Counted from the first letter of the stretch, positions 1 to 11,512 are shown. The stretch: DNA of 64,000 bases from Alphaproteobacteria bacterium (GCA_965214705.1 OZ243972.1:2304001-2368000), one strand, 5' to 3'. The notes: generated by a model not told the origin, from the letters alone. Made by a program: numbers and translations.

Positions 1-627
1 GTGCTCAACGACATCGGCGTCGGCGCCATGGGCAAGCCCTACCAGCAGCCCCATCCACCGGTGATGATCCCGGCGATGAGCCGGGGCTCCGGCAGCATTC
101 GTCTTGCCGCCCAACGGGATTGGCTGTTCATCTCCGCCAACTTCGTCCCCGACGACGTGCTCAAGGGCCATTGGCGCGACTATCTCGATGAGCGCAAGAA
201 GCTCGGGCTCGCACCCAACCCCTCCAAGTGGAAGGCAGGCCGCACCCTACTGATCACCGAGACCGACGAGGAAGCGCGCCAGTATCTCAGGCGCGAGGAC
301 AACGCGTTCTATTGGTATTTCAAGTACATCATCGGTGTCACCAGCCACGGCGGCTTCGTCCACATGCTGAAGTCGGACCCCGACATGCCGGACGAGGAGG
401 TGACGCCCGAGTACTGCATCGACACCATCGTCACCGCCGGCAGTCCCAAGACCGTGGCCAAGAAGATCGCGGAGTTCCGGGACGAGACCGGCCCCTTCGA
501 GACCCTGATCATCTCGCATCACGACTGGGTGCATAAGGACCTGTGGCGGCGCCACATGGAGCTCACCGCGACCGAGCTCATGCCGCGGCTCCGCGCCGAG
601 ATCGGCTGGCAGGCGGCGGCGGAGTAG
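1..627 (+). CDS. LLM-class (luciferase-like) flavin-dependent monooxygenase, 5'-truncated by the window edge
   Basis: KPYQQPHPPV motif, then C-terminal AGSPKTVAKKIAEF and MELTATELMPRLR segments typical of the luciferase-like family. Confidence 0.85.
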   Translation: MLNDIGVGAMGKPYQQPHPPVMIPAMSRGSGSIRLAAQRDWLFISANFVPDDVLKGHWRDYLDERKKLGLAPNPSKWKAGRTLLITETDEEARQYLRREDNAFYWYFKYIIGVTSHGGFVHMLKSDPDMPDEEVTPEYCIDTIVTAGSPKTVAKKIAEFRDETGPFETLIISHHDWVHKDLWRRHMELTATELMPRLRAEIGWQAAAE

Positions 628-653
628 GCACGCGCCGGGGCCTGCGGCTCAGG

Positions 654-2141
654 TTACTCGGTCACGATCTTTACAAGCTGACCCGGCTGCATCTGTTCAC
701 GGGGACCGAGGCCGTTCAAGACCCGGAACCGCTCGATGCGGAACTCATTGAATGGCATACGAGCCGCGAGCGATTGCACGGTATCGCCCGGCGCGACCTC
801 GACGACGCGCAGCCTGAGCGGGCGGAGGTTGGCGGCCTGCGCCACGCCGAGCCGCCTGAAGCTCGCGATCATCTGCCGGAAGGGAGCCGAGAACTCTCTG
901 GTCTGCCGCGGCGGCGTCACGAAGAAGAAGCGATAGACCCGCGTTGGCGTGGCGCGGATGGCGACCAGTCGGACGTCGCGCACGCCCGACCTGGTGCGGA
1001 CGCGCGTGCTCGCGGCCACCGCGTCCATGCCGTCGATGTGGGTTCTCTCGATTCTGGTCAGCGCCACCTTCGACGCCCAGACGCCTCGCAGATAGTGCCA
1101 GGTGCTGATCGAGGGATTTGCAAGCCTGGCCTCGTCGAAGCGCACCGTGGCGCCCGACGGGTGCGTGCCCACCACCGCCTCCGGTGCGTTGCGCAGGCGG
1201 AAACCGGGCGGCGCCGTGAACGCGATCCGCAAGATCGGATGGGCGAATGCCCGGCCGCGAACAAATCCGTCTTCAGGGGAATCGCCGTAGATCATGCCGT
1301 CGATGCGCCTAAGGTAGATGTCGCGGGCGCGCTCGCCGCCGAATTTGGCTTGCGCGGCAGCGGCAGCCTCTATTACCCGGTCGGCGGTACGCGGGTGGCT
1401 CGCGAAGAGGCCCCCCTGCGCTCTATCGCCGCGCTTTCCGGCCATCTTGCTTGCCAGCGTCGCCTCTGCCCCCATCGTCTCCAGGAAGCTCGACATGGCG
1501 GTGGCGTCGAAGCCGGCGCGGCTCAAATAGCGCACGCCCAGCGTGTCCGCCTCAAGCTCTTGGGAGCGCGAATAGCCTTGCACATAGGCGCCGGCCGCGA
1601 GGTTCGCGAAATCCGAGACGCTCCGGTTGTCGATGACCGCGCCGAGGATTGCCGCTCCCAAGCCAGCGATGAGACCGTGGCTGTACCGCTCGGCGCTGTG
1701 GCGGGCGGTCACGTGGCCGATCTCGTGGGCGATCACGCCCGCAAACTCCGCCTCGTCGTTGGCGAGCGCCATAAGGCCTCGCGTGACGTGGACGTAGCCG
1801 CCGGGCAGGGCAAAGGCGTTGACCTCCGGGCTGTCGAGGACGACGAAGGTGAAGGGCGGCTCGGGCTGTTCCGAAGTCTGTTGGAGCAGCCCGCCGAGGC
1901 TTGTGACGTAGCGCTGGAGCGCCGGGTCGTCGTAGAGGCCGCCGAACGCCTTCACCAACTTGGGGTGCTCCTGGGCACCGACCAGCCGCTCCTCCTCGGG
2001 CGAGAGGAAGGCCGTGAATTGCTCGTCGCCGGTCGCCGGATTGACGCTGCATCCGCCGAGCACAAGCGGCGCGACTGTGGCCAGCGCGAGGCCCAGCGCC
2101 AGAGCCACGGGCGCTGCCACCGCGCGGCGGAAGCGCTTCAT
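654..2141 (-). CDS. M48 family zinc metalloprotease lipoprotein with C-terminal LysM-like domain
   Basis: Lipobox-like LGGC, NAFALPGG, HEIGH zinc motif, YSRSQELEAD, SHP; C-terminal VAPGDTVQSLA. Confidence 0.9.
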   Translation of the reverse strand: MKRFRRAVAAPVALALGLALATVAPLVLGGCSVNPATGDEQFTAFLSPEEERLVGAQEHPKLVKAFGGLYDDPALQRYVTSLGGLLQQTSEQPEPPFTFVVLDSPEVNAFALPGGYVHVTRGLMALANDEAEFAGVIAHEIGHVTARHSAERYSHGLIAGLGAAILGAVIDNRSVSDFANLAAGAYVQGYSRSQELEADTLGVRYLSRAGFDATAMSSFLETMGAEATLASKMAGKRGDRAQGGLFASHPRTADRVIEAAAAAQAKFGGERARDIYLRRIDGMIYGDSPEDGFVRGRAFAHPILRIAFTAPPGFRLRNAPEAVVGTHPSGATVRFDEARLANPSISTWHYLRGVWASKVALTRIERTHIDGMDAVAASTRVRTRSGVRDVRLVAIRATPTRVYRFFFVTPPRQTREFSAPFRQMIASFRRLGVAQAANLRPLRLRVVEVAPGDTVQSLAARMPFNEFRIERFRVLNGLGPREQMQPGQLVKIVTE

Positions 2142-2935
2142 TCGAGCACCTCAATCTGCTCGGGATGAGTGGCCTCGATCATGGGGCCGTTGAACGAGTC
2201 GACCCAGCCGCGCACGCGCACCATACGCCCCTCGTAATCCTCGATGACGATGCCCGCAGCCTCGAAGCGCCGACGGTCGCGCGGCCCAATGGAGACAGTG
2301 AAGTCCTCACGCCAGTCGTCGCCGAAGTTGAGGTAGCCGCGCCCCCGCACCACCGCCGCCGCCCGAACCCGCCCCTCGACTAGTTGGAAGCTATGGAGCC
2401 CGCCGTCGGCCTCATCTGCAGTGCGCACCCGATAGCGAGGCTGCGACCAGATGCCGAGACGCGCGGCGCGCGCGCGATGTTCGATGGCGAGCATCTCGGG
2501 AATCGCTGCGCGGTCGTCGACGACGCTGTGGACCCGCACGAGGCCGGCGGCGAGTAACGCACCTTGAATCCAGGTTCCGTCGTCGCTCCGCGCCAGATGG
2601 CCGCGCAGGCGGCCGTGGCGGTCTCGCGGGGTGTCGCCCACTGCCAGACCGACCCGGCGATCGTGAACCAGAGCAGCGAGCGCTTGGCGCGCTTCTGTCG
2701 CGAGGATGCCGGCCTCGGACGCGGTTTCGCCACGCGCGGGCCGCGGCACGTCGATGCCGGCGAGCCTGACCGTCTCTCCGTCATCGAGCAGGACCGTGCT
2801 GCCGTCGATGACCTCGACCACTCGTGCTTCCGCGTCGGGCGTCAGGCCCGCCGGCAGCGGTACCGTCGTTCCACTGGCAACGCCCAAACCTGGCACGGTG
2901 AGAACGAGGAGAAAGACCGCGGCGAATCGGGCCAT
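2138..2935 (-). CDS. Thermonuclease (SNase) family protein
   Basis: VIDGSTV..VRLAGIDVP, DRHGRLRG, ARAARLGIWS; signal peptide after ATG at 2935; 4-nt overlap with the M48 gene. Confidence 0.85.
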   Translation of the reverse strand: MARFAAVFLLVLTVPGLGVASGTTVPLPAGLTPDAEARVVEVIDGSTVLLDDGETVRLAGIDVPRPARGETASEAGILATEARQALAALVHDRRVGLAVGDTPRDRHGRLRGHLARSDDGTWIQGALLAAGLVRVHSVVDDRAAIPEMLAIEHRARAARLGIWSQPRYRVRTADEADGGLHSFQLVEGRVRAAAVVRGRGYLNFGDDWREDFTVSIGPRDRRRFEAAGIVIEDYEGRMVRVRGWVDSFNGPMIEATHPEQIEVLE

Positions 2936-3057
2936 GGGGCGGGAGTATAGCGCTCGCCTTCGCGCGAACGCGCGGCTTCTCAAGCAGGCGGCAAGACCGT
3001 AATGTCGGCTCGGGCGCGCTTTGTGGCGCACACGGCCCAGCGCGGGGAGGGCGCAGC

Positions 3058-4755
3058 ATGGACATGGTGACGATGAACATCATCGATTCCTCGATGGTGT
3101 CGATCTGCCGGGAAATGGGAATCACTCTGATGAAGACGTCCTATTCGACGATCTTCAACGAGGGCCTCGATTTCACCTGCGCCATCGCAGACACCGACGG
3201 CGAGATGGTCTCGGTCGCCGAGTTCTGCCCCGCACAGATCGGCGGGATGCCGCTCTTGATCAAGACCTGTGCCGAGGAAATCCCGATCGACCAGATCGAG
3301 GAAGGCGACGTCATCATCCACAACGACCCCTACCGGGGTGGCCTGCACGTGCCCGAGCACACGCTGTTCAAGCCGGTCTTCGCCGACGGCAAGCTCCTGG
3401 CGTTCGTCGTCGCCATCGGCCACATCGCCGAGGTCGGCGGCATGGTGCCGGGCGGCTTCGCCGGCGAAGCGACGGAGATTTTCCACGAAGGCGTGCGCGT
3501 GCCCCCGGTGAAGATCATGAAGCGCGGGCAAGATGTCGATTCCGTGTGGAAGCTGATTCTCGCGAACGTCCGGACGCCTCGTTACAATTACGGCGACCTG
3601 CGCGCCATGATCGGTGCGCTGGACCTCGGCGAGGCGCGTCTCAAGGAGATGGTGGCGAAGTACGGTCGCGACCTCTGGAACGAGACTTGCAGCGACTTGA
3701 TGGACTATTCCGAGCGCCGCATGCGCGCCGAGATTTCGCAGTTCCCCGACGGCCGCTACCATTTCGAGGACACCGTCGAGAACGACGGGATCGAGGACAA
3801 GCCCTACCAGCTCAAGGTCGATGTCTTCGTCCAAGGAGACGAGCTGGTCGCCGACTTCTCCGGCACCGACGACCAGGCCAAGGGGCCGATCAACGCCACC
3901 CTCGGCGTCACCTGGTCGGCGACCTACAACGCGCTCTTCCACATGACCGACCCGTCGATCCCCAAGAATTCGGGGTGCTTCCGGCCGATCAAGATCGTGG
4001 CCCGACCCGGCACCGTCGCCAACGTCGACTACCCGGCGCCCGAAGTCGCGGGCAACACGGAGACACATCCGAGACTCGCGTTGATCGTGATTGGCGCGCT
4101 CGCCCAAGGTGCACCCGAGCGTGCTATGGCGGCAGAGAGCGGCACTGGCGGCAATTTCGTCTTCGGCGGCCACCACCCCGACTATGACGAGTATTTCGCC
4201 TGCTACGACCTGATCTCCGGCGGCTGGGGCGGGCGCGACTACGCGGACGGCAACGACTGCGTGATCGCCATCAACGGCAACTGCCGCTTCAACCCGGTCG
4301 AGGTGTTCGAGACCCGCTTCCCGTTCCAGGTCGAGGACTTCGCGATGACGCCGGATTCCGGCGGCCCCGGCCGCCACCGCGGCGGGCTCGGCTACCGCAA
4401 GACGCTGCGCACGCTGTCGGCGGAGATCACCGCGAGCCAGTGCACCGACCGGCACCGGATCAAGACGTGGGGCCTGTTCGGCGGCAAAGAGGGTGCGGTC
4501 GGCGCGACCCTGGTCCGGCCCGAGGGCGCGAACGACTGGCGCCCGGTGACCGAAACCCACGGTAAGGCGTCGTCGTCCAAGTACGCCAATATCCGCCTGC
4601 GTCCGGGCGATCGCGTGCGGCTCATCGTTCCCGGCGGCGGCGGCTACGGCGAGCCTAGTGAGCGCGCGTCCGAGGCGGTGGAAGAAGACCTCGCGGAGGG
4701 CTACGTCACGCCGGAGGCCGCGCGCCGCGACTACGGCTACGTCGCCGACGCCTGA
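3058..4755 (+). CDS. Hydantoinase B / oxoprolinase family protein
   Basis: HNDPYRGGLHVPE, GHIAEVGGMVPGG, DSGGPGRHRGG, PGGGGYG motifs. Confidence 0.9.
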   Translation: MDMVTMNIIDSSMVSICREMGITLMKTSYSTIFNEGLDFTCAIADTDGEMVSVAEFCPAQIGGMPLLIKTCAEEIPIDQIEEGDVIIHNDPYRGGLHVPEHTLFKPVFADGKLLAFVVAIGHIAEVGGMVPGGFAGEATEIFHEGVRVPPVKIMKRGQDVDSVWKLILANVRTPRYNYGDLRAMIGALDLGEARLKEMVAKYGRDLWNETCSDLMDYSERRMRAEISQFPDGRYHFEDTVENDGIEDKPYQLKVDVFVQGDELVADFSGTDDQAKGPINATLGVTWSATYNALFHMTDPSIPKNSGCFRPIKIVARPGTVANVDYPAPEVAGNTETHPRLALIVIGALAQGAPERAMAAESGTGGNFVFGGHHPDYDEYFACYDLISGGWGGRDYADGNDCVIAINGNCRFNPVEVFETRFPFQVEDFAMTPDSGGPGRHRGGLGYRKTLRTLSAEITASQCTDRHRIKTWGLFGGKEGAVGATLVRPEGANDWRPVTETHGKASSSKYANIRLRPGDRVRLIVPGGGGYGEPSERASEAVEEDLAEGYVTPEAARRDYGYVADA

Positions 4756-4780
4756 GCCGCAGAACGCCGCCCGGCCGGCG

Positions 4781-5634
4781 TCACGGCGCGGGCAGGGCGT
4801 CGTCGAAGAAGCGCAGAATCTGCTCGTCGATTTCCGCGAGGAAGGCTCGCCGGTCGAAGTCCGGCGGATCGCGCCCCGCGGCGCCCACTTGATCGGCCAA
4901 CGCAGCCGGAAACGGCGTGATGAAGGCGAAGTGGTGTGCCTCCGGATGGGTGACCAAGGTCGCATGATCCCCCATCAGGGCTGCGATGTGCTCCGCGTGC
5001 CAAGGTTCGCGCAGCACGCTGTCAGCTTCCAGGCGATGTATTTGAGCCGGCACTGCGACGCCTGAGAAAGCCCCGTCCCCGAAGAGCGCACCAACGGGTG
5101 CGACGGCCACGACGGCAGCAACCCGCCGGTCTGCAAGGTCGGGCATCGGTAGCTCGTTCTGCCCTCCGGGCCGGCCGTAGCTGCAAAACTCCGCATCTTC
5201 GTCGCGATGACGGGTGCAGTGATGCGCCAGCACGGCCATGTCCGCCCGGCCGCCGATCAGGGCAAGCACGCTGTAGCCGCCGGCCGAGTGCCCGACGGCC
5301 CCAATGCGCGCCGGATCGATGCGGGGGCCGAACGCGGCGTCGCCAAGGAGCCGGCCCAGCACCGCGCTTAGCTGGCGCGGCCGTCGTCGCCAATTCTCCG
5401 CTGTGCCGCTGTATCGGCCGTCACGCCAGCTGTCCCCGGCGTGTTCCGGCGCCGCCACGATGTAACCGCCCTCGGCCAAACGAATCGCCGTGTCGCGGTG
5501 ATTCAGGCGGCCGCCGCCGGTCCCGTGCGACAGCAGGACGAGACCGTACCACCCGTCACCGAGCGGTGCCCCTCGGCTCTCGCGCCCGAAGCCGCGATCA
5601 CGACCGCGAGGGCGACCATAGCTAGTAATCTCAT
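4781..5634 (-). pseudogene. Secreted alpha/beta hydrolase (dienelactone-hydrolase-like), signal peptide out of frame with the catalytic domain
   Basis: [22 protein letters not shown] from ATG 5634 is in a different frame from LVLLSHGTGG...GHSAGG...HHFAF; junction near 5570. Confidence 0.65.
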
Positions 5635-5763
5635 AGTGCCCATCGTGCCACGAAGCTCCACGCCCGGCGTAGGGACCCAACTTGCATTCGCCATGCCCAT
5701 TCCGTGTTCCGCAGCGGCGGGCGCTTGCGCAGCGGGTTTTTTCCGCGACAATCGAGAGCGCGC

Positions 5764-7404
5764 ATGAGCCGGGAATCGATGGAGTTCGACGTTGTGATCG
5801 TGGGGGCCGGTCCCGCTGGGCTTGCCACTGCGATACGCCTGCGCCAACTTGCCGAGGAGACCGGCCGCGAGATCAGCGTGACCGTGCTCGAGAAGGGCTC
5901 CGAGGTGGGCGCCCACATCCTCTCCGGCGCCGTCTTCGAGCCGCGTGCGCTGGACGAGCTGATCCCGGACTGGAAGGAGAAGGGCGCGCCGCTCAACACG
6001 CCAGCGCGCGCGGACGAGTTCCGCTACCTCACCAGGAAGGGCGGCATCAGGATGCCGGGCGCGCTGCTGCCCCCGCAAATGCGCAACCACGGCAACTACA
6101 TCATCAGCCTCGGCAATCTCTGCCGCTGGCTCGGCCAGCAGGCGGAGGAGCTCGGCGTCGAGGTTTACCCCGGCTTCGCCGCCGCCGAGGTGCTCTACCA
6201 CGAGGACGGCCGGGTCAAGGGCGTCGCCACCGGCGACATGGGCATCGCCAAGGACGGCAGCCAGAAGGCGAGCTACGAGCCCGGCGTCGAGCTGCACGCG
6301 AAATACACGCTGTTCGCCGAAGGGGCGCGCGGCTCGCTCACCAAGCAAGTAGTGGAGCGGTTCGATCTGCGCAAGCGCTCGGACCCGCAGACCTACGGCA
6401 TCGGCCTCAAGGAGGTCTGGGAGATCGAGCCCGGCAAGCATCGGCCGGGCCTGATACAGCACAGTTTCGGCTGGCCGCTGGATAGCCGCACCTACGGCGG
6501 CTCCTTCCTCTATCACTTCGACGAGAACCTGGTCTCGATCGGCTTCGTCGTGGCACTCGACTACGAGAATCCGCACCTCTCGCCCTTCGACGAGTTCCAG
6601 CGCTTCAAGACCCATCCGGTGATCCGACCCGTGCTCGAAGGAGGCCAGCGGCTGGCCTACGGCGCGCGCGCGATCAACGAGGGCGGATACCAGTCGATTC
6701 CCGAAACGGTCTTTCCCGGTGGTGCGTTGATCGGCTGTGCCGCGGGCTTCCTCAACGTGCCCAAGATCAAGGGCAGCCATAACGCGATGAAGAGCGGCGC
6801 GCTGGCGGCGGAAGCTGCATTCGCCGCGCTGGGTGAGGCCGAAGACGGCACCAGGCCGCTCGACGCCTATCCGGCGGCGCTGCGCCGCTCCTGGGTGATG
6901 AAGGAGCTCAAGCAGGTCAGGAACTGCCGCCCGGCGTTTCGATGGGGCCTCGCCGCCGGCACCGTCATCAGCTTCATGGAGCTTTGGACCGGCGGCGTGC
7001 TGCCCTGGACGCTCCGCCACGGCCAAGACCACAAGAGCCTGAAGAAGGCCGCCGATGCGCCCAAGATCGCCTATCCGAAGCCGGACGGCGTCGTGTCCTT
7101 CGACAAGCCGAGCTCGGTCTATCTCTCGAACACCAATCACGAGGAGGACCAGCCCGCGCATCTGACGCTCAAGGACGACGGTGTGCCGATAGGGGTGAAT
7201 CTCGCGCTCTACGACGCGCCGGAGCAGCGCTATTGCCCGGCCGGCGTCTACGAGATCGTGGAGGACGACGCCGGCCCACCACGCCTGCAGATCAACGCGC
7301 AGAACTGCGTGCACTGCAAGACCTGCGACATCAAGGACCCCACGCAGAACATCGTATGGGTGGTGCCCGAGGGCGGGGGCGGCCCCAACTATGCCAACAT
7401 GTAG
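5764..7404 (+). CDS. Electron transfer flavoprotein-ubiquinone oxidoreductase
   Basis: [21 protein letters not shown] motif, [15 protein letters not shown]-terminal CPAGVYE...[12 protein letters not shown] Fe-S motif. Confidence 0.97.
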   Translation: MSRESMEFDVVIVGAGPAGLATAIRLRQLAEETGREISVTVLEKGSEVGAHILSGAVFEPRALDELIPDWKEKGAPLNTPARADEFRYLTRKGGIRMPGALLPPQMRNHGNYIISLGNLCRWLGQQAEELGVEVYPGFAAAEVLYHEDGRVKGVATGDMGIAKDGSQKASYEPGVELHAKYTLFAEGARGSLTKQVVERFDLRKRSDPQTYGIGLKEVWEIEPGKHRPGLIQHSFGWPLDSRTYGGSFLYHFDENLVSIGFVVALDYENPHLSPFDEFQRFKTHPVIRPVLEGGQRLAYGARAINEGGYQSIPETVFPGGALIGCAAGFLNVPKIKGSHNAMKSGALAAEAAFAALGEAEDGTRPLDAYPAALRRSWVMKELKQVRNCRPAFRWGLAAGTVISFMELWTGGVLPWTLRHGQDHKSLKKAADAPKIAYPKPDGVVSFDKPSSVYLSNTNHEEDQPAHLTLKDDGVPIGVNLALYDAPEQRYCPAGVYEIVEDDAGPPRLQINAQNCVHCKTCDIKDPTQNIVWVVPEGGGGPNYANM

Positions 7405-9196
7405 GGCAGGGAAGGACGCCTCCCCACATGGGGAAGACCTGCGCAAGTGGTGCCGCCGCGCAATCGCTTTGTTGAGTGGGGCCGTGGCCGCCGGTCTGAT
7501 CGGCGGGTCAAGCATCACCGGTCTCACGGCGGCCGATCCGCCGTCTCCTCCCATGCCGCCGGAGCCCGCGGCCAGCGCTTACCGGGAGGAGGCCTCGCCG
7601 CTCGGCAACTATCTTGTCGGCCGTTACGCTCATGCCCGCGGTGACTATGCTGCGGCAGCCCAGCACCTTCAGCGCGTGCTGATCGAGGATCCGGACAATC
7701 CCTCTCTCCTGCGCCGCTCCGTATCCCTGCTGGTCGCCGACGGACGGGTGGAAGAGGCAGCCACGCTGGCCGAGCGCCTCCTCGATATCGAGGCAAGCGG
7801 ACGTCTGGCGCAATTCGTTCTCGCGCTGCGGGATGCGCGCAACAGCGACTACGAAGAGGCGCTGGAACGAATCGGCGAGATTGAGCGGAAGAGTGTCTAT
7901 GCCCTGCTGGTACCGCTCGCCGAGGCGTGGATGCACACCGGAGCCGGCTCGGACGCGGCGTCGCTGGCGGCGTTGGCACCGCTCGGGGATCGCGATTCAT
8001 ACAAGTCCTTCTTCAACCTCCATGCCGGCCTGATAAATGATCTCGCCGGGCGCGAGGCGGAGGCCGAGGCACTGCTGCGGAAAGAGATCGCGACCTCCAG
8101 CGGCTCGCACCGCCCGGTGGTGGCGCTCGGCAGCGTACTGATGCGGGCCGGGCGCGTCGTCGAGGCCCGTGCGATCTACGAAGAGTACCGTGACCAGAAC
8201 CCCGGCATCATCTGGGTCGAACGCGTGTTGGCGGCGGTCGAAGCCGGCGAGGCGGTACCGCCCCTCGTCTCGGATGCGCGCGAGGGGCTGGCGGAGGCTC
8301 TGCTGGGCGCGGCGGCCTCGGTGCCGCAGCGGGACAACGGCGAAGCCGCGCTGATTTACGCGCGCCTTGCGCTCTTCCTCCGCGACGATCTGGACTCGGC
8401 CCGTTTCCTGATCGGCGAAATTCTCGAAGACGCCGAGCGGCTGGAGGCTGCGGTGGATGCTTACCGGTCCATTCCGGACGGGTCGGACTTCTCCTGGGCG
8501 GCACAACTCCGCGCTGCGAGCGGTCTCGCGGATCTCGACCGTCTGGATGAGGCGGTCACGACGCTGAGGCGCATGGCGGATGAGCAGCCCGAGCGCACCG
8601 ACGCCGTCTCCGTCCTCGGCGACGTGTTCAGGAGGGATGAGCAATACGCGGAGGCCGCCTCAGCCTACGACATCGCGGTCGGGCGGATCGAGACGGTCGA
8701 ATATCGCCACTGGCGCCTGTTCTACGTGCGCGGCATCGCGTTCGAGCGCCTGGGCGAGTGGCCCAAGGCTGAGGCCGACTTCAAACGCGCGCTCGAGCTG
8801 GAGCCCGATCAACCGCTGGTGCTCAATTACCTCGGCTATTCCTGGGTGGAGCAGCTCCACAATCTCGACGAAGCCAAGTCGATGATCGAGAAAGCCGTCG
8901 AGCTCCGGCCGGACGACGGCTATATCGTCGACAGCCTCGGTTGGGTGGCCTACAGGCTGGGCGACTTCGAGGAGGCGGTCCACCAGCTTGAGCGGGCGGT
9001 GGAGCTGGTGGCGGGCGATCCGATCATCAACGATCACCTGGGCGACGCCTATTGGCAGGTGGGCCGGGTCAACGAAGCCCGATTCCAATGGCGCCGCGTG
9101 CTCACCCTCAAGCCGGAGGACGACCTGGCCGCCCAAGTCACGCGCAAGATCGCGGACGGTCTCTCGGCTGCGGCGGAGGCGGACGACGCCCATTAG
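7391..9196 (+). CDS. Tetratricopeptide-repeat protein (start uncertain)
   Basis: Multiple TPRs ([28 protein letters not shown]); usual position between ETF-QO and ispE. Confidence 0.88.
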   Translation: MPTCRAGKDASPHGEDLRKWCRRAIALLSGAVAAGLIGGSSITGLTAADPPSPPMPPEPAASAYREEASPLGNYLVGRYAHARGDYAAAAQHLQRVLIEDPDNPSLLRRSVSLLVADGRVEEAATLAERLLDIEASGRLAQFVLALRDARNSDYEEALERIGEIERKSVYALLVPLAEAWMHTGAGSDAASLAALAPLGDRDSYKSFFNLHAGLINDLAGREAEAEALLRKEIATSSGSHRPVVALGSVLMRAGRVVEARAIYEEYRDQNPGIIWVERVLAAVEAGEAVPPLVSDAREGLAEALLGAAASVPQRDNGEAALIYARLALFLRDDLDSARFLIGEILEDAERLEAAVDAYRSIPDGSDFSWAAQLRAASGLADLDRLDEAVTTLRRMADEQPERTDAVSVLGDVFRRDEQYAEAASAYDIAVGRIETVEYRHWRLFYVRGIAFERLGEWPKAEADFKRALELEPDQPLVLNYLGYSWVEQLHNLDEAKSMIEKAVELRPDDGYIVDSLGWVAYRLGDFEEAVHQLERAVELVAGDPIINDHLGDAYWQVGRVNEARFQWRRVLTLKPEDDLAAQVTRKIADGLSAAAEADDAH

Positions 9197-9206
9197 TGAG
9201 CCGGCT

Positions 9207-10103
9207 GTGATCCGGGTGGAGGCGCCGGCCAAGCTCAACCTCTACCTCCACGTGACCGGACGGCACGCCGACGGCTATCACGAGCTGGACAGCCTCGTCA
9301 CCTTCACCGCGCTCGCCGATACGCTAGAGATTGCGTCGGCCGATGCCCTCTCCCTTATCGCGAGCGGGCCGTTCGCCGAAGCCTTGGGCACGGGCGACAA
9401 CCTGGCGACGCGGGCGGCGGTGGCGCTGGCGGAGAGGCTCGGTCGACCCGCCGACGTGCGAATCACGTTACAGAAGCGCATCCCCGTCGCGGCGGGCCTC
9501 GGCGGCGGCTCGGCGGACGCGGCCGCGGTGCTGCGCGGCCTCGCCCAGCTGTGGGGTCTCGGTGCCGCGCACGCGAGCGATCTTCAGGATGTCGCGCTCG
9601 GCCTCGGCGCCGATGTGCCGGTCTGCCTCCACGCGCGGGCTGCCTACATGACCGGCATAGGCGAGGTGTTGAGCGCGCCGCCGCCGCTGCCGCCCTGCGC
9701 GGCGCTCCTGGTCAATCCCGGCGTTCCGGTGCCCACCGGGGCGATCTTCGCCGCAAGGCAGGGGCCGTTCTCGGTCGCTCAGCGCTTTCAAGAGAGCCCA
9801 ACCGACGCGGCGGCGCTGGCTCGGCTTCTCCGCACCCGCCGCAACGACCTTGAGCGGCCCGCACTCGCTCACGCGCCGGAGGTCGGACATGTTCTGGCCC
9901 GGCTCGGTGCGGCGCCCGGCTGCCTGCTCGCCCGCATGTCCGGCTCGGGCGGCACCTGCTTTGGCCTGTTCGCGGATGAGGCGGAGGCTACCCACGCCGC
10001 CCGCGCCATCGCCCGCGATCATCCCGGCTGGTGGGTACAGGCGACGCATCTGGTTCACGAGGGCGAGACGGCCGGCGTATCGGACGCACTTGGCGGAGCG
10101 TGA
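9207..10103 (+). CDS. ispE: 4-diphosphocytidyl-2-C-methyl-D-erythritol kinase
   Basis: APAKLNLYLHV, GYHELDSL, PVAAGLGGGSADAA, RMSGSG; start taken at GTG 9207. Confidence 0.95.
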   Translation: MIRVEAPAKLNLYLHVTGRHADGYHELDSLVTFTALADTLEIASADALSLIASGPFAEALGTGDNLATRAAVALAERLGRPADVRITLQKRIPVAAGLGGGSADAAAVLRGLAQLWGLGAAHASDLQDVALGLGADVPVCLHARAAYMTGIGEVLSAPPPLPPCAALLVNPGVPVPTGAIFAARQGPFSVAQRFQESPTDAAALARLLRTRRNDLERPALAHAPEVGHVLARLGAAPGCLLARMSGSGGTCFGLFADEAEATHAARAIARDHPGWWVQATHLVHEGETAGVSDALGGA

Positions 10104-10112
10104 CAGGGACGC

Positions 10113-10565
10113 TCAAGGCGGCAGGCGCACCGTCTCCAGCCAGTGGGCCTTCACGACCTCGGCCACCGAGACCATGTCGTCGAAGGCCGACGGCTTGACC
10201 ATGTAGGCGTTGGCGCCGAGCGCGTAGCTCGCCGCGATGTCCCGCTCCTCGTCCGAGGTCGTCAGCACCACCACGGGGATGCGGCAGAGCTCCCGCTCGT
10301 CGCGCAGTTGTTCCAGCACCTCGGTGCCGTTGAGCTTCGGCATGTTGAGGTCGAGCAGAATCAGGCTCGGCCTGGGCGCGGCTTCCGGATCGGCGTAGTC
10401 GCCGCGGCGTTTGAGATAGTCCAGCAGCTCGGCACCGTCATGGACGACATAGAGCGGGCAGGTGATGTCCGCCCGACGCAGGGCCTTTTCGGTAAGAAGG
10501 CAATCGGCCGGGTCGTCGTCTGCCATGAGGAGGACGGTGCGCTCGCTTGTGTCGGCTCTCACCAT
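10113..10565 (-). CDS. Single-domain response regulator (Rcp1-like)
   Basis: MADDD, LILLDLNMP, VVLTTS, YMVKP receiver motifs. Confidence 0.92.
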   Translation of the reverse strand: MVRADTSERTVLLMADDDPADCLLTEKALRRADITCPLYVVHDGAELLDYLKRRGDYADPEAAPRPSLILLDLNMPKLNGTEVLEQLRDERELCRIPVVVLTTSDEERDIAASYALGANAYMVKPSAFDDMVSVAEVVKAHWLETVRLPP

Positions 10566-10581
10566 CCTCCCCTCCCGGCGT

Positions 10582-11505
10582 CTACGCGGCGCCGGCTGTG
10601 CCGGCCGGCCCCTCGGCTTTGGTCACGAGACGCAGCGCAAGCGACGGAAAGGCCGCGACGGCGCCGGCGAAGGCGATGAAATCGATCGGCGTCTCGATGA
10701 AGACCGGCTCCGCCGGCCCCGCCCAGGGCAGGTCGGCGCGGTCGTCCCTGGAGCCGCCCAGCAGGATCACCGGCAGGTCGCGGAGCGCCGGGGTGGCGGC
10801 GATCTCGGCGAGCGCATGGCGCCCTTCTGTCTGTTGCAGGCCGGGGTCGAGAATGACGAGATCCGGCCGTGGCGCGGGCGTGCCGTCGCCGTGGACATGC
10901 CGCCCCTGCAAATGGTCCAGCAGCGCGGCGCCGTTGGTTACGTAGGTGAGGGCGTTGCCCAGGCCCGCAGCCTGCAGCGTCTTGGTCGCCTGCAGGCAAT
11001 CCTCCGGGTCGTCGTCCGCCATGACGATGACCGCGGGCCGCACCGCGTCGCCAGAGCCGGACGGAACCGCGAGTTCATAGCTGCAGCTTTTCAGCCGTAG
11101 CACGGCGTCGTGCAGCTTGGCGAAGGTCACCGGCTTCACCAGATAGGCATACGCGCCGAGATTGTAGCTGTCGGAGATGTCCAAGCTGGCCTCGGAGGCT
11201 GTGAGGATGACGATCGGTATCTTTCTCAGGGCCGGCCTGAGGTTGATCTCCCAGAGCGAGTCGAGCCCCGCCATGTTGGGCATGTTGAGATCGAGCAGGA
11301 TCAGGTCGGGGCGGGGCGAGGAGCCGGGATCGGAGAACTTGCCGCTCCGCCCGAGGTAGTCGAGCAGTTCCTGGCCGTCCTGCACGAAGCGCAACTCGTT
11401 GCCGAGCCGCGCCTTCTGCAACGTCTTCTTGGTCAGCAGGCAGTCCTCGGGGTCGTCATCCGCCATCAGGATCAGGACTGGTTTGGTATTCGGCGCGGTG
11501 GTCAT
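10582..11505 (-). CDS. Tandem two-receiver-domain response regulator
   Basis: Two MADDDPEDCL...PRPDL receiver repeats; the second is degenerate. Confidence 0.85.
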   Translation of the reverse strand: MTTAPNTKPVLILMADDDPEDCLLTKKTLQKARLGNELRFVQDGQELLDYLGRSGKFSDPGSSPRPDLILLDLNMPNMAGLDSLWEINLRPALRKIPIVILTASEASLDISDSYNLGAYAYLVKPVTFAKLHDAVLRLKSCSYELAVPSGSGDAVRPAVIVMADDDPEDCLQATKTLQAAGLGNALTYVTNGAALLDHLQGRHVHGDGTPAPRPDLVILDPGLQQTEGRHALAEIAATPALRDLPVILLGGSRDDRADLPWAGPAEPVFIETPIDFIAFAGAVAAFPSLALRLVTKAEGPAGTAGAA

Positions 11506-11512
11506 CGTGCGC

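Noticed and set aside
4089-4102. GATTGGCGCGCTCG matches the tRNA-Arg 3' end region, a possible att repeat
   Set aside because: Lies inside an intact CDS, is GC-rich and extends past the tRNA end; most likely chance
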